This document shows positions 62,609-63,865 of a DNA stretch of 63,865 nt, piece after piece (the stretch's first letter is position 1; each line of letters begins with the position of its first letter). The DNA is from Sphingomonadaceae bacterium (GTDB lineage: Bacteria > Pseudomonadota > Gammaproteobacteria > Burkholderiales > SG8-39). Under the pieces are notes generated by a model. The model was given only the letters and a program-made list of their open reading frames with translations, was not told where the DNA came from and made no database searches. The stretch is taken from positions 1 to 63,865 of the forward strand of contig JBLMWT010000143.1 in the NCBI GenBank assembly GCA_050257375.1. Direction: 5' to 3'. Position numbers and translations under genes: made by a program.

Positions 62609-63865
62609 TCATTTGACGTGCAGTTCGATGTCGGCGAGCAGCGGATCGTCGGCGCGCGCCACCTCGTTCTCGACCAGTCCGCCGCAGCCCGGGCAGAAGA
62701 ACTGGCGGAACACCGGCCGGTCGTCCACGTACCGGCGCCAGTCGCCGATGTTCGGGTTGGCCGCCGAGATGTCGCGCTCTTCCATGTTGCAGTGCTGCTT
62801 GTAGTTCTCGCCGAGCGGGCCGAGGTCCGCGGCGCAGCGCGCGCAGGCAAAGCGCAGGCCGCTCCTCTCGCGCCGCAGCTCGAGGTTCTCCGATGCGCGC
62901 GCCGCCACCTTGCCGGCGAGCGCGGCGGGGGAAGCCCCTCGCCCGCGCCGGCGCTTGCGCTCCGCGGCCCGCAGCTGGCGTGTCGTTTCGAGATCGAGCG
63001 CGCCCGATTCGCCGACCACCACGCCGTACACTTCGCGCGCGCATTCGCGCGACACGGCGCGGCTCTCGACCACGTCCTCGCGCACCCGCTCGGGGTCGCG
63101 CTCGAACGGGTCGCCGTAGCCGCCGGCCGCCGACCACACGACCGCGTAGACGTCTTCCGGCCCCTGGCTGAAGTTCTCCTGCCTCAGCTGCAGAAGCTCC
63201 TCGCGTCCTTTCAACTCCGCGATGTCGCCCGGCATCTCACGCCGGTCGAAGCGCTTCCTCACGTCACTCGCGCGCAGGAACTTGTAGACGTTCACGCTCC
63301 CCGGGTAGCCGCCCATCATGCCGGGCGAAGTCGGCGTGGCATTGCCCGAGGACAGCGTATCGTGCGTGATCGAGTCGGTGCGGTGCGGAACGAAGCACGA
63401 TTCCGCCGACAGCCCGCCGCGCCATTTGCCCGCGCCGCCCGAATCGACGACTTCCTTGCGATAGAGAAAGAGCAGCGGGAAAGTCTGCTCGGTGTGCTCG
63501 ACGTTCGGCAGCTTGCAGATCGGCGTGCGCGACTGGCCGCCGGTGCTGATGCCGTCGCCCTCGGCGAAGGCCCCGATCGCGCCGCCGATCGGATCGACCA
63601 GCAGGTAGCCGTAGCGCTCGCCCCACTGATCGGTGCCGCGAAAGATCGTGGCGGGCCACTGGCTCGTGCCGCCGATGCACATGATGTCCTTGCGCATCGC
63701 CTCGTCGCCGTAGATCATCTTCGAGAGCACGTTGTAGGCGGGATAGAGCGAGATCTCCATCGCCTGCACCGGCGCGGTCGACACCGAGGCCGGGAAGTTG
63801 GCGCAGTTGAAGCTGCCGGGCGTCGGGTCGAACTCGACGTGGCGCAGCGCGCCGCCGATGCAGAA
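62609..63865 (-). CDS. hydantoinase B/oxoprolinase (acetone-carboxylase-alpha-like) protein fused to an acetone-carboxylase-gamma-like zinc-ribbon domain; 5' end outside window
   Basis: Frame is open to the window edge (FCIGGALRHVEFDPTPGSFNCANFPASVSTAPVQ...). HyuB-like GGAGKWRGGL motif. C-terminal ~110 aa carry CARC...CPGCGG. Confidence 0.8.
   Translation of the reverse strand, partial: FCIGGALRHVEFDPTPGSFNCANFPASVSTAPVQAMEISLYPAYNVLSKMIYGDEAMRKDIMCIGGTSQWPATIFRGTDQWGERYGYLLVDPIGGAIGAFAEGDGISTGGQSRTPICKLPNVEHTEQTFPLLFLYRKEVVDSGGAGKWRGGLSAESCFVPHRTDSITHDTLSSGNATPTSPGMMGGYPGSVNVYKFLRASDVRKRFDRREMPGDIAELKGREELLQLRQENFSQGPEDVYAVVWSAAGGYGDPFERDPERVREDVVESRAVSRECAREVYGVVVGESGALDLETTRQLRAAERKRRRGRGASPAALAGKVAARASENLELRRERSGLRFACARCAADLGPLGENYKQHCNMEERDISAANPNIGDWRRYVDDRPVFRQFFCPGCGGLVENEVARADDPLLADIELHVK

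Overview
GC-rich (roughly two-thirds G+C by eye) chromosomal segment. Gene content and synteny look like a free-living Betaproteobacterium (xseB-ispA-dxs-folE2; exbB-exbD-lpxK-trm112-kdsB-adk; tsaE-amiC ... mutL-miaA). This taxonomic call is inference from synteny only. About 68 densely packed protein-coding genes, many with overlapping stop/start codons. I found no rRNA, tRNA, CRISPR array, transposase, integrase or phage genes. Most of the window is housekeeping: arginine biosynthesis argD-argF-argG, isoprenoid genes, LPS genes, mutL/miaA, alaS, adk, and PPi-dependent PFK next to an H+-pyrophosphatase. Three blocks look accessory: (i) DUF2905-archease-RtcB-CapA-like phosphoesterase, (ii) cupin / LLM monooxygenase / deacetylase-fold hydrolase / Liv-type ABC importer followed by an OMF-MFP-RND efflux pump, and (iii) TPP enzyme / NIPSNAP / hydantoinase-B fused to an acetone-carboxylase-gamma-like zinc ribbon, which runs off the right edge. 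The two best non-coding signals are: (1) a 21-codon Phe-rich leader ORF (MKRWFYGFFFFFPRPLAEGNG) plus terminator/antiterminator directly upstream of DAHP synthase aroG, a candidate ribosome-mediated attenuator; (2) a tight cluster of consensus DnaA boxes in a DARS-like arrangement in the exbB/xseA divergent intergenic region. The many long Arg/Ala/Gly-rich ORFs antisense to or out of frame with recognisable genes are treated as GC-driven shadow ORFs. All functional calls rest on my recognition of motifs and families in the supplied translations. No database search was run.
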